Source: an uncultured delta proteobacterium
Lineage (GTDB): Bacteria > Myxococcota_A > Polyangia > Polyangiales > Polyangiaceae
Assembly (NCBI GenBank): GCA_963782055.1
Contig: CAWAIF010000003.1
Location: 6,336,001 to 6,400,000, forward strand
Reading direction: 5' to 3'
DNA: 64,000 bases
The notes beneath the pieces are model-generated. The model ran no database searches. It saw only the letters and a list, made by a program, of their open reading frames with translations, and had not been told where the DNA came from. The position numbers and the translations under genes were made by a program. Shown piece after piece: positions 1 through 9,157 of the stretch (position 1 is the first letter of the stretch; every line of letters begins with the position of its first letter).

Positions 1-1914
1 GTCCTCGCCGAGCACCTGATTTTCGCATTCGATGATGGATCCAACGTGCTTGCAGCCCCCGTCCTTGGCCGTGCTCGCGGACGGAGTCAGGTTGGGCGGC
101 GCCGATGCGCCCGCCTGGGCTCCGGAGGTCCAATTGGTATCAATCCCAGAGAAGTGCGGGAGGGGGACGCGCCACACCTGCCGCTGGGTGACGTTGCCGT
201 AGACCGTCGCGAGCTCCTGACGCTCGCCAGGGGTGATGGGCGGCGACTCCAGGGAGTAGTCGCTGATCTCGGTCGTGCAGCCGCCGGTGCCCTTGCCGAG
301 CCGTGCCATGGCGTTCTGCACATCGATGATGCAGTAAACCATGCCGTTCGCCTCCGGTTGCCAGACCCCGCGCGACCGATCGTAGCTCCCGGTCGGGATC
401 ACGTTCTTCCGGTGACCTTGCCCGTCCGCCGTGTCGTCCATCGAGACGCCGGTGAAGTTGTCCAGGTAGAAGAGGACGTCGTGGTTGAAGTGGACCGTCG
501 CGTCGCCGGCCTCGAGCATCGCCGCCTCGAACGCGTAGGTGTAGGCGCTCTGGGGCGGTAGCTCCCCGGGGAGGGCAAGCCGGCCCTCGGACCCCACGGT
601 GTACTCCGTGACGTGCATGGTCACGGAGGGACCGCAGTTTGGACACTCCTGCTGATTCACCGTCGTGCCCGGCGGTATCAGAACCGTGGCGGTCCGTTGA
701 CTATCTGCGTCGCTATGCGCGTTACCTCTCACGTCCTGCCAGTAGTCGACGCCGGCACCCAGGTTGATGGTCTTGGTGTTCTCTGGCTTCGTGAGCGCGA
801 TGTCCGGGAGCACGGTCCAGTCGAGCCATCGCGTCTCGGCGCGCCGCTGGACCGTGAGGTACGCGGGGTCGTTCACGTGGTCCGACAGCTCCACCACGTA
901 CGTGGTCCCGCCGTTCACGGCGATGTCGAACCAGCCGTCCGCCCGCGTCTCGGTCGTGCCGTACTCCGGATGGTTCAGGATGTTCACGGTGATGTTGCCG
1001 AGGTTGACGCTCGGATTGTCGCGGTCGACGACGTGCCCGCGGATGATGGAGACGTGGCTCTTCACCATGTTCGCCGTGACGCCGGTCTGGATCTGGCTGA
1101 CCGCGTCGAGCATGCCCTGCCCGATGTCGCTCGGGACCGTGCCGCCGCCCGGATAGGGGGTGACCGTGCCGCCCGGCACGCCACACCCCTGGATCGGCGT
1201 GTTGACCGGGTGGCCGTCGACACACGCGTCGTCGGTGCACGCGTTGCCGTCGTCGACCGAAACGTCTCCGCCCGTGGTCTGTTGGCCGCTCTCCTCGCAG
1301 TAGGTGGTCGTGTACTGCGCGACTCCATTCTGGTCCGTTCCGTCGCACTGCGCCCCGACGACGGTGCCCGCAGCCACTTTCTCCGTGTTGTCGATCACCC
1401 CGTTGACGCACTTGTCCACGGTGCAGGGGTCCCCATCGTCGGCGTTGAAGTCCACGTCGGCCTCCAGCTGGGCGGACTCCACTCCGGGCTGCGTCACGCC
1501 CGCCGAGAGCATCAGGTACGACGTGGTCGTCGGACTCCCCGCAGACAGCGCGTTCGTGCAGATCGTGAGGGGTAGCGGGTTGGTCTCCAGCCCCGTCTCC
1601 TGCGTGCGCCCGTATGTGCAGTAACCCCCTTCGACCGTGAACGTGACCCAGATCGAGTCGCCAGCCTGGACGTTGGCGCTCACGACGTTCACGGTTGCGG
1701 GCACCAGGACATGCCGCTCGCTCCCCAGTGACAGGTAGTAGCTGCCGCTGTCGGACCATGCCGGAATCCCCTGATTCCCGCAGGCGGCGGCGAGTGGGCT
1801 CTGCGTGCTGGCTGGCTGCTCGTCGGGTGAACCGCCGCACGAGAGGCCGATCACCACTGCCAGGACAAGCATCGCCGCCGACCGCCCGGAGATGCGCAGC
1901 TTCGTCAGTCCCAT
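1..1914 (-). CDS. Teneurin-like / YD(RHS)-repeat-type large surface lipoprotein, N-terminal part; runs off the left edge of the window
   Basis: Not in the ORF track because it has no stop in the window. Manual translation from ATG 1914 (GGAGG RBS upstream): MGLTKLRISGRSAAMLVLAVVIGLSC (lipobox), two DDGxxCTxDxC repeats, then IQTGV...SIIRGHV...ILNHPEYGTTETRADGWFDIAVNGG (teneurin TTR-like domain), ALPGELPPQSAYTYAFE, and GSIIECENQVLGED at the window edge. Confidence 0.8.
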   Translation of the reverse strand, partial: MGLTKLRISGRSAAMLVLAVVIGLSCGGSPDEQPASTQSPLAAACGNQGIPAWSDSGSYYLSLGSERHVLVPATVNVVSANVQAGDSIWVTFTVEGGYCTYGRTQETGLETNPLPLTICTNALSAGSPTTTSYLMLSAGVTQPGVESAQLEADVDFNADDGDPCTVDKCVNGVIDNTEKVAAGTVVGAQCDGTDQNGVAQYTTTYCEESGQQTTGGDVSVDDGNACTDDACVDGHPVNTPIQGCGVPGGTVTPYPGGGTVPSDIGQGMLDAVSQIQTGVTANMVKSHVSIIRGHVVDRDNPSVNLGNITVNILNHPEYGTTETRADGWFDIAVNGGTTYVVELSDHVNDPAYLTVQRRAETRWLDWTVLPDIALTKPENTKTINLGAGVDYWQDVRGNAHSDADSQRTATVLIPPGTTVNQQECPNCGPSVTMHVTEYTVGSEGRLALPGELPPQSAYTYAFEAAMLEAGDATVHFNHDVLFYLDNFTGVSMDDTADGQGHRKNVIPTGSYDRSRGVWQPEANGMVYCIIDVQNAMARLGKGTGGCTTEISDYSLESPPITPGERQELATVYGNVTQRQVWRVPLPHFSGIDTNWTSGAQAGASAPPNLTPSASTAKDGGCKHVGSIIECENQVLGED

Positions 1915-1933
1915 GACTCCCTCCTCCCCAGCG

Positions 1934-1965
1934 ACTGTGCGCGCCGGGGGGGGGGGGCGCGTCAA
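1934..1965 (-). promoter_or_regulatory. Putative sigma70-type promoter of the teneurin-like gene with a 12-nt homopolymer in the spacer
   Basis: Minus strand reads TTGACG (1965-1960), a 20-nt spacer containing C12 (G-run 1946-1957), then CACAGT (1939-1934), 19 nt before the ATG. Confidence 0.4.
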
Positions 1966-2192
1966 CCCATTTAGTGCCGCGACACGACGTTGTTGCACGT
2001 GGACGCGTAGTCGGTGGGTCCGGCGTCCGGATGCTGAGATTCGTAGGCAATATCGGGAGCCAGAGACAAGGAGTCGAGTGATCTGTGAGTGCCGTCTACT
2101 CCCTAGGGAGTAGACCCATGTGTTCAGGTGGACGCGATGCCCCGGGCACGTCTCCATGGATGGAGCGGCGCGACACATGGTACCGTCGCATC

Positions 2193-4598
2193 ATGCGGTG
2201 GGAAGTCCGGAGACGAGGCCCCATCGTCGTCGTGGCGGCAGTGCTCTCCCTCTGCCACGCCTGCGGGGGCACGACGGCGACCGCACCCCCGCATGCCGTG
2301 CTCGGGGCGTCGGAGCTGGACTTCGGCCTCGTCGATTGCGGCAGCACCGAGTCGACCGAGCTGCTGACGATCGGGAACAGCGGCGGCTCCCCGCTGACGT
2401 GGGAGGCGAGCCTGGGCAAGACGGACGCGTTCTCTCTGGATGGCGCCGCCACGGGCACGCTCGCCCCGGGAGAGACGGCGAGCCTCCCGGTGAAGGCGAA
2501 GGTCCCGGGCGGCTCGCCCGCGGCCGAGGCGCTCGACACCACGCTCTGGGTGACCACGAACGATCCGGCGAACCCGACGAGCAGCCTTCCGCTCCACCTG
2601 CTCTCCCGCGGGGCGATGCTCACCGTGAAACCCGCCAGCGCGGACTTCGGGCAGATCCCGCTCGGCCTGAAGGCGCCGGACATCCCCGCGTCGGTCACCA
2701 ACTCCGGCAACGTGGCGGTCACGCTGGCGCTCGGCGCGCCGCAGGACTCGCAGTTCACCGTGACATAGGACGGCTCCCCCTTCGCGGCGACCCTGCCACC
2801 GGGCGGCGAGCTCACCACCACCCTGGGCTTTGCGCCGACCATCGACAAGGCGATGGTGGATGCCTCTGCCCTGCTCGTGACTGGCGCGGTGTGCGCCGCC
2901 CCCAAGACGATCGCGATCAAGGGCGAGGGCACGAAGGGGATCGCGGGCGTGAGCCCGGGCCTGCTCGACTTCGGTGTGGTCGGCTGCGCGACGGCGGCGC
3001 CGCCGCAGAAGGTGACCCTGCTCAACGCGGGGAACCAGGCGTACGACTTCACCGCCACGCTGTCGCAGGGCGGAGGCTCGCCGTACGTGGTCACCCCGAG
3101 CAGCGGGACGGTGCCCCCCAAGTCGCAAGTGCAGCTCGTGGTGGCGCCGAAGACCGTCCCGTCGCAGTCCGCGCTGACGCCGGACCTCTACGACGACACG
3201 CTGGCGATCACGACCACCGCGCTCGACGACGTGCCGCACGCCGTCGCGCTGCTGGAGTCGGCAGGCGGCGCCATCCTCTCCACGAGCGCGCCCCTGGTCT
3301 TCTCGCGGCTCGCCGTCGGGGCCGCGCCCGCTCAGCAGCAGCTCGTGATCACCAACACCGGCAACCAGCCGGCGCAGGTGATCCTGAGCCCACCCAAGCC
3401 CTTCTCGGCGGCGAGCCCGGTGCTCGTACCCGCGGGTGGCATGGCCACCACCACCATCTCCTTCACGCCCGACCCCGGAAGCCTGGGCCCGGTCACACAG
3501 GACCTCGGGATGACCACCAGCGATCCGGTGTGCGCGCCGCTCACCGCCGCGAACGCGACCGCGACGACGTACGACCGGGCGAAGATGATCGCGGCGGGGG
3601 GCTGGCACGCCTGCGCGACGGCGGTCAGCGGGGTGACGTATTGCTGGGGCCTCAACATGGTCGGTGAGCTCGGTGACGGCACCACGCTAATGGGGAAGAA
3701 GCCGGTGCCCGTGAGCGGCCTGAAGGACGTCGTCGGGCTCGGGCTGGGCGAGCACCATTCGTGCGCCGTGCTTCAGGGCGGCACCGTCGAGTGCTGGGGC
3801 GCGAACTTCAACGGGCAGCTCGGCGACGGGAGCACCGGAGAAGACTCGACCAAGCCCGTCGTGGTGTCGAACCTCGCCGATGCCATCCAGGTAGCTGGCG
3901 GCATGAGGTCGTCCTATGCGCTGACATCGACGGGAAGCGTGGTGGCGTGGGGCCTCAACGGCGACGGCCAGCTCGGCGACGGCACGACGCTCGACTCCAA
4001 CGTCCCCGTGGTGGTCTCCGGCATCACCGACGCCGTGCAGGTCGCCGGACGATGGGCGACAGCCTGCGCGCTGCGTGCCGGCGGCGGCGTCTGGTGCTGG
4101 GGCCACGCTTTTTTGGGCGACGGGACGACCGGATCGTCGGCCGTGCCGGTGGACACGGGGCTGACGGACATCGTGCAAGTGGGCGGCGGGCCCGGTGCGC
4201 AGGGGAATGGGTGCGCGGTCGAGAAGACGGGCGGCGTGGAGTGCTGGGGCTACAACCCGTACTCGATGACGCCGAGCTCCTTCGGGGGGCTCACCGACGC
4301 GGTGCAGGTCGAGGTCGGCACGGAGTCCGCGTGCGCGCTGCGCGCGGGCGGAGGCGTCATGTGCTGGGGCGACAACTCGTATGGACAGCTCGGGAACGGA
4401 TGGGGGGTCGCCAGCTGGGTGCCCGTCGCGGTATCAGGCGTCACCAACGCCGCGAGCATCGCCGTGGGGCCAGACTTCGGCTGCGTGATGAATGGCGACG
4501 GTACATTGGAGTGCTGGGGGCGAGGCGACCTCTGTCAACTGGGCAGCGGCGTCCAGGGCGGGAGCTTCACGCCGGTGTCCGTGGTCGGGTTCGACTGA
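2193..4598 (+). pseudogene. Lipoprotein with Ig-like (choice-of-anchor D/ASPM-SPD-2-Hydin type) domains plus RCC1-repeat propeller, interrupted by an in-frame TAG at 2766-2768
   Basis: ORFs 2085..2768 and 2853..4598 share a frame and read continuously: QFTVT*DGSPFAATL. LSLCHAC lipobox, repeated LDFG..V.C..NxG Ig-like motifs, and CWGxNxxGQLGDG RCC1 repeats. Confidence 0.75.
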
Positions 4599-4621
4599 CT
4601 CCTCCCGACCTCGGGGAGCCC

Positions 4622-6232
4622 TCAATTCGGCGGCGGGACGCTCTTCAGGAAGTAGACGTACGAGTACGCGCCGGCGCCGTTGCAGGGGGCTCCGCCGCCC
4701 ACGATGATCGAGCCGTCCAGCAGCGTCGCCGACACGAGCTCCATGTTGTTGTCCTTCAGCGTGGGGAACGCCGTGACGTTCCCACCCGCCCCGTCGACGA
4801 CGTCGACCGCGTTGGTGGTCGGGAAGGTGTTGCTCTGGCAGCCGTAGGTGGTGGGGTAGGGCGCGTCGACGCCGCCGGCGACCATCACCGTGCCGTCGCC
4901 GAGCAGCGCGGAGGCGAACTTGAGCCGGGGAGAGCTCAGCTTCTGCGAGAGGGTGGTCACCTTCGGCTGGCCGACGTCGATCATCTCGATCTCGTCGGTG
5001 GGGGTGTTGTTGCCGTTGATCACGTCGTTTCCTCCGGGCGCCATCAGGCGGCCGTCGGGGAGCGTGAGCACCGCGACCGCCCCGTGGGCGAGGGGCGCGG
5101 CGACGGTCGAGAGCTTGTCGGTGTCGGGGTCGTAGATCTCGCTCTGGCCGGTGGACAGGAAGGCCACGCGCCCGTCGCGCATGCGCACCGGCCAGCCGAA
5201 CTGCGTGTTGGCGGAGGTGATGGACAGGGCGGTGAACATCTCGGTGGCGGGATCGAAGACCTCCGCGGTGTTCTTGCCGTTGGAGGTGATGAGCACGCGG
5301 CCGTCGGGCAGCAGGATGGGGCGCATGTAGATGCGGGTGGTGTCGAGCACGGTGCCCTTCGCCTGCGTGAACGTGTTGGTCGTCGGGTCGAAGAGGTCGG
5401 CGACGGCGCGATCGCCGCTGGTCTGGCAGCCATTGCCGGTGGGGATGTTGCAGGTGCCGACGATGAGCGCGCGGCCGTCGAGCAGGGTGATCGCCGCGGT
5501 CGCGTAGCGCGGGACGGTCATGTCGTTGGCCGCCGGCGTGATGGCGTGCGTCTGCGGGTCGTACAGCTCGCCCGACTTGAGCGCCGAGGTGGGCTGGGTG
5601 TTGGAGGTCCCGCCGACGATGAGCACCCGGCCGTCCTGCAGCGTCGTCATGGCGGGGAAGTTGCCGCGGGGGGTGCTCATGCTCACCGTCGTCCACTGCT
5701 TCTCGAAGCCCTCGGTCCGGTAGGTGAAGGACTGCGGCAGCGTGGCGGTGTACTGCCCCACGGCGACGTGCACGTCGTAGGTGCCCACACCCGCGGGCGG
5801 CGTCACCGCCAGCGCGGTGGTCGCGTCGATGAAGCGCGCCGGCGCGCGCCCGTCGCCGATGGTGACGCGCATGCCCGCGGCGAAGCCCTGGCCGTGGAGG
5901 GTGACGTAGGCGCCGCCGTTGACGTAGCCCTTGTCGCCGGTGAGCGAGGTCAGCAAGAGGCCGCACTTGGGATCGGAGGAGCAGGATCCCGCGCAGCAGC
6001 TCTCTCCCTGCGCGCACACGCGGCCGCACGCGCCGCAGGCGTTGGCGGAGGTCTGCGTGTCCTCGCAGGTGCCACCGCAGTTTACCTGGCCGGTCGGGCA
6101 GGTCGGCGCGGCGTCAGCCGCGTCCACACCGCCTGCGTCGGGCCCGGCGTCGCCTCCGGTGAAGGGGAGCGGCGAGCTCTGGCCACAGGCGACCGCGAAG
6201 GAAAGAAGGAAAAGGGCAATCGGCTTCTGCAT
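4622..6232 (-). CDS. Lipoprotein with Cys-rich (Stig1/MXAN_6577-like) module, IPT/TIG domain and kelch-repeat propeller
   Basis: FAVAC lipobox; CGACGRVC; GGAYVTLHGQGF...TPP IPT motif; repeated LxDGRVLIxGG...ELYDP kelch motifs. Confidence 0.8.
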   Translation of the reverse strand: MQKPIALFLLSFAVACGQSSPLPFTGGDAGPDAGGVDAADAAPTCPTGQVNCGGTCEDTQTSANACGACGRVCAQGESCCAGSCSSDPKCGLLLTSLTGDKGYVNGGAYVTLHGQGFAAGMRVTIGDGRAPARFIDATTALAVTPPAGVGTYDVHVAVGQYTATLPQSFTYRTEGFEKQWTTVSMSTPRGNFPAMTTLQDGRVLIVGGTSNTQPTSALKSGELYDPQTHAITPAANDMTVPRYATAAITLLDGRALIVGTCNIPTGNGCQTSGDRAVADLFDPTTNTFTQAKGTVLDTTRIYMRPILLPDGRVLITSNGKNTAEVFDPATEMFTALSITSANTQFGWPVRMRDGRVAFLSTGQSEIYDPDTDKLSTVAAPLAHGAVAVLTLPDGRLMAPGGNDVINGNNTPTDEIEMIDVGQPKVTTLSQKLSSPRLKFASALLGDGTVMVAGGVDAPYPTTYGCQSNTFPTTNAVDVVDGAGGNVTAFPTLKDNNMELVSATLLDGSIIVGGGAPCNGAGAYSYVYFLKSVPPPN

Positions 6233-6326
6233 CCCGCCAGCCTATCACTCACGGCGACCGGTCTCGACCCGGACCGGTCGGCTTGGATCTGGCCACCGCC
6301 GCGCGGATTTGAGACAGTCGCCGGCC

Positions 6327-8465
6327 ATGACGATCGACGGAAAGCCCGGCGTCGAGTGGCACAACTACGTCGGCGAGCAGCGCTTCACTCCCGCGCGGAC
6401 CTTCAAGCCAGATACCGAGGAGCAGGTGGCGGAGGTCGTCGCGCAGGCGGTGGCCGACGATCAGCGCGTCCACGTCGCCGGCGCCGGTCACGCCTCCTCG
6501 CCGCTCGTCCGTACCGACGGCTTCCTCGTCGACACCTCCGCGCTGACCGGAGTGCAGCCCGTCCACGACGCGGACCTCCTCGCTCCGACCGGCGGGCACC
6601 ACGTCCGCGTGCTGGCCGGCACGCGCCTCTTCGACCTCGACGCCGCGCTCGACCGCCTCGGCCTGGCGATGCCCAACCTGGGCTCGGCGACGTTCCAGTC
6701 GATCTACGGCGCCATCGCGACGGGCACGCACGGCTCCGGGGCGGGCTTCGGCGCGCTGTGCGACCTGGTTCGCTCCGTCGATCTGGTGGACGGCTCGGGC
6801 AACCGCCTCCGCGTCGAGCCCGCCGCCGGCTTCACCCGACCGGACCTGGCGCCGCCGGGCGTCACCGTCACCTGCGACGACGACCTCTTCCGCTCGGTGG
6901 TCGTCGGCGTCGGCGTCGCCGGCCTGGTCACCTCACTGGTGCTGGAGGTGACCGAGATCTTCGATCTGGAGGAGACGCGGACGCTGGCCACCTGGCAGGC
7001 GCTGAAGGGCTCCCCCGACACCGACGCGGCGATCCGCGCGGCGCCCCACTGGGAGATGTGGCTCAACCCGTACGCCGACGTGGACGGCAACAACACCGCG
7101 CTCGTCACCGTGCGCGCCAAGGCGCCGACGGGCACGCCGCGCAACCCGCGCCCCGACCCCTGGGAGCTGCGCGTCAAGCCGCTGCGCGAGGCGATGGTCT
7201 TCGCCCTGGACGCCCTGCCCTTCGCCGTGCGCCCCGCGCTGGACATGGCCATGCGCTCGCAGGCCACCATGACGCCGCACGTCGACGCCTCCTACCGCAT
7301 CTTCGACCTGGGCTCGGTCAACGACATGCCCGCCGTCGCCACCGAGTGGTTCTTCCCGATGGACCGGTGGAAGGACGCAGTGGACGCCCTGCTGCGCGCG
7401 GCGGCGCGGCTGGCGGTCCGCTCCGACATCGGCGGAGTCCCCTTCGGCGTGCGCTTCATCAAGGCCAGCCCGCACTTCCTGGCGATGACGCGCGGAGAGC
7501 CGGACGAGGTCTTCTGCTCCGTCGAGCTGCCCGTCTACTCCACCGAGCACGATCGCCGCACCCTGATGGTGCACTACGAGCGCATCGCGGCGCGCCACCG
7601 CGGCCGGCCCCACTGGGGCCAGCTCCACCGCACGCGGCCGGGGAAGCTCGCCGAGCGGTATCCCGAGATCGACCGCTGGAAGGCGGCGCGCGCGCGGCTG
7701 GACCCGCAGGAGCGCTTCGCCAACTTCACCTCGCACGCGGAGGGGCTCACGCCGTCGCGCATGCCGCACCCGGTGATCGGGGACGTCGGCTTCTACGACA
7801 CGTCGGTCGTCCGCGAGGTGCTGCCGATGAACCGCCCCGGCTCCACCGCGGTGATGGTGGACCGCCGCCGCTTCCGCGTGGAGGCCTCGGCGGCGGAGGT
7901 GGCGCGCGCGCTGAACGAGGTGATGATCGAGCCGGGCCTGCTCATCGGCCGGCGCTTCATGGTGGTGCGCGCCGAGGACCGCACGGGGAAGCCCTTCGAG
8001 GTGGGCGAGCACTTCCAGGGCCGGTTCGCGCTGGACGAGCAGCTCCTGGAGGACACGCGGCCGAAGCCGCCGCTCTGGACACGGCTGCTGCGCAAGGCCG
8101 GCGTGCAGAAGGCGCTGCAGTACATCGAGGACCACGGCCTGGCCGACTACGGGATGGTGGAGCGGCTGGAGCTCGACCCCGCGCCGGGTCAGCCGTACGC
8201 GATCCGCTACGCCTACACGACGGGCACCCCCTTCTCCGGCTACAGCGACTTCACCGTCGCGCCCATCGACGCGGGGCGCTGCCTGTACACCGAGCGCATC
8301 ACCTTCCAGCCGGAGAACGAGCTGGCGCGCCTCAGCATGGAGCTCATCGGCATCCGCCTGCACAACCAGGTGGTCTTCGGCCAGGTGGAGGCGACGGCGG
8401 ACCGGCTGGGTGTGGAGTACGAGCCGCTGGACCCCGACGACCTGGGCAAGGCGACGGGGCCCTGA
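6327..8465 (+). CDS. FAD-linked oxidoreductase, D-arabinono-1,4-lactone oxidase/gulonolactone oxidase family, with an extra ~240-aa C-terminal domain
   Basis: WHNYVG...GAGHASS, GAIATGTHGSG, GRPHWGQ, LDPQERFAN. Start placed at ATG 6327 because the upstream part of the ORF overlaps the kelch gene. Confidence 0.8.
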   Translation: MTIDGKPGVEWHNYVGEQRFTPARTFKPDTEEQVAEVVAQAVADDQRVHVAGAGHASSPLVRTDGFLVDTSALTGVQPVHDADLLAPTGGHHVRVLAGTRLFDLDAALDRLGLAMPNLGSATFQSIYGAIATGTHGSGAGFGALCDLVRSVDLVDGSGNRLRVEPAAGFTRPDLAPPGVTVTCDDDLFRSVVVGVGVAGLVTSLVLEVTEIFDLEETRTLATWQALKGSPDTDAAIRAAPHWEMWLNPYADVDGNNTALVTVRAKAPTGTPRNPRPDPWELRVKPLREAMVFALDALPFAVRPALDMAMRSQATMTPHVDASYRIFDLGSVNDMPAVATEWFFPMDRWKDAVDALLRAAARLAVRSDIGGVPFGVRFIKASPHFLAMTRGEPDEVFCSVELPVYSTEHDRRTLMVHYERIAARHRGRPHWGQLHRTRPGKLAERYPEIDRWKAARARLDPQERFANFTSHAEGLTPSRMPHPVIGDVGFYDTSVVREVLPMNRPGSTAVMVDRRRFRVEASAAEVARALNEVMIEPGLLIGRRFMVVRAEDRTGKPFEVGEHFQGRFALDEQLLEDTRPKPPLWTRLLRKAGVQKALQYIEDHGLADYGMVERLELDPAPGQPYAIRYAYTTGTPFSGYSDFTVAPIDAGRCLYTERITFQPENELARLSMELIGIRLHNQVVFGQVEATADRLGVEYEPLDPDDLGKATGP

Positions 8466-8536
8466 CCGGACCTCACACGGACGCGGCTCGACTCTTGCTC
8501 CGCTCCCTGCCATTGGAGTCAAGGATGCCAGGCGAT

Positions 8537-9157
8537 CTACTCGTCAGGCGCAGGGTCGTCCCCGCGAAACCATCGGACGAGCACCTCCGCGAGCCGGCCT
8601 ATTGCGTTACCCATCTTCAGCCGTTCCAGGGACAGGCTGGACGCGAGTTCCTCGAACAAGGGAGGCGAGGCACGTAGCCGATACTCATTGAGCGCCCTTC
8701 GCAGACTTTGCTTCGGCTCGGCCTCATCGGGGGTTACCGTAGCAGCGTGGAGAAGCGAGCGCTTCTTCGCGAGCTCCGCAAGCACGCGATCCCACACCGG
8801 CACAAGCGCAATCTCGAACTCCGGATCGAAAGCGATCGCGGCAACGCGCTCCTTATCAACGCCGACACGTGAGAGAGCGTCCTTGACGTCAGCTTCGACC
8901 CGTGACGGCTCCACGTCCTCGCGGCCGGACCCGTGATGGTCCCACAGGATGATGAAGTGTAACGCCTCGTCCCGGAGAAACGGACCCAACGCGGCGGCAG
9001 GATCGGTGGCGACGCGCGCGTCGTGCATCGGGTCGCGGACCGCTTGCCACGCGAAGTTGCGCAAGCAACGCCGTGCTACTCCGCGCGCGATGAGCTTCGT
9101 TACGAACCGCTCCGCATCGGCGTCAGCGAACAGTACGACCAGCTCGGATCCCGCCAC
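8537..9157 (-). CDS. MAD4/DUF4276-like putative TOPRIM-fold nuclease partner of the adjacent ATPase
   Basis: GTG start overlaps the ATPase stop (TAGTG). Acidic motifs LVVLFADAD, WDHHGSGRE, AIAFDPEFE, PKQSL, C-terminal LVRWF. Confidence 0.6.
   Translation of the reverse strand: MAGSELVVLFADADAERFVTKLIARGVARRCLRNFAWQAVRDPMHDARVATDPAAALGPFLRDEALHFIILWDHHGSGREDVEPSRVEADVKDALSRVGVDKERVAAIAFDPEFEIALVPVWDRVLAELAKKRSLLHAATVTPDEAEPKQSLRRALNEYRLRASPPLFEELASSLSLERLKMGNAIGRLAEVLVRWFRGDDPAPDE

Noticed and set aside
2766..2768. Pyrrolysine or recoded TAG
   Set aside because: TAG is used as a normal stop elsewhere (e.g. 9157, 26820, 28717) and no pyl genes are visible; TGG-to-TAG is simpler.
3761..8677. 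1638-aa ORF and many other long Arg/Ala/Gly-rich ORFs (e.g. 722..2050, 11328..13706, 30015..32468, 44974..47325)
   Set aside because: Shadow frames of real genes in very high-GC DNA; no recognisable motifs.
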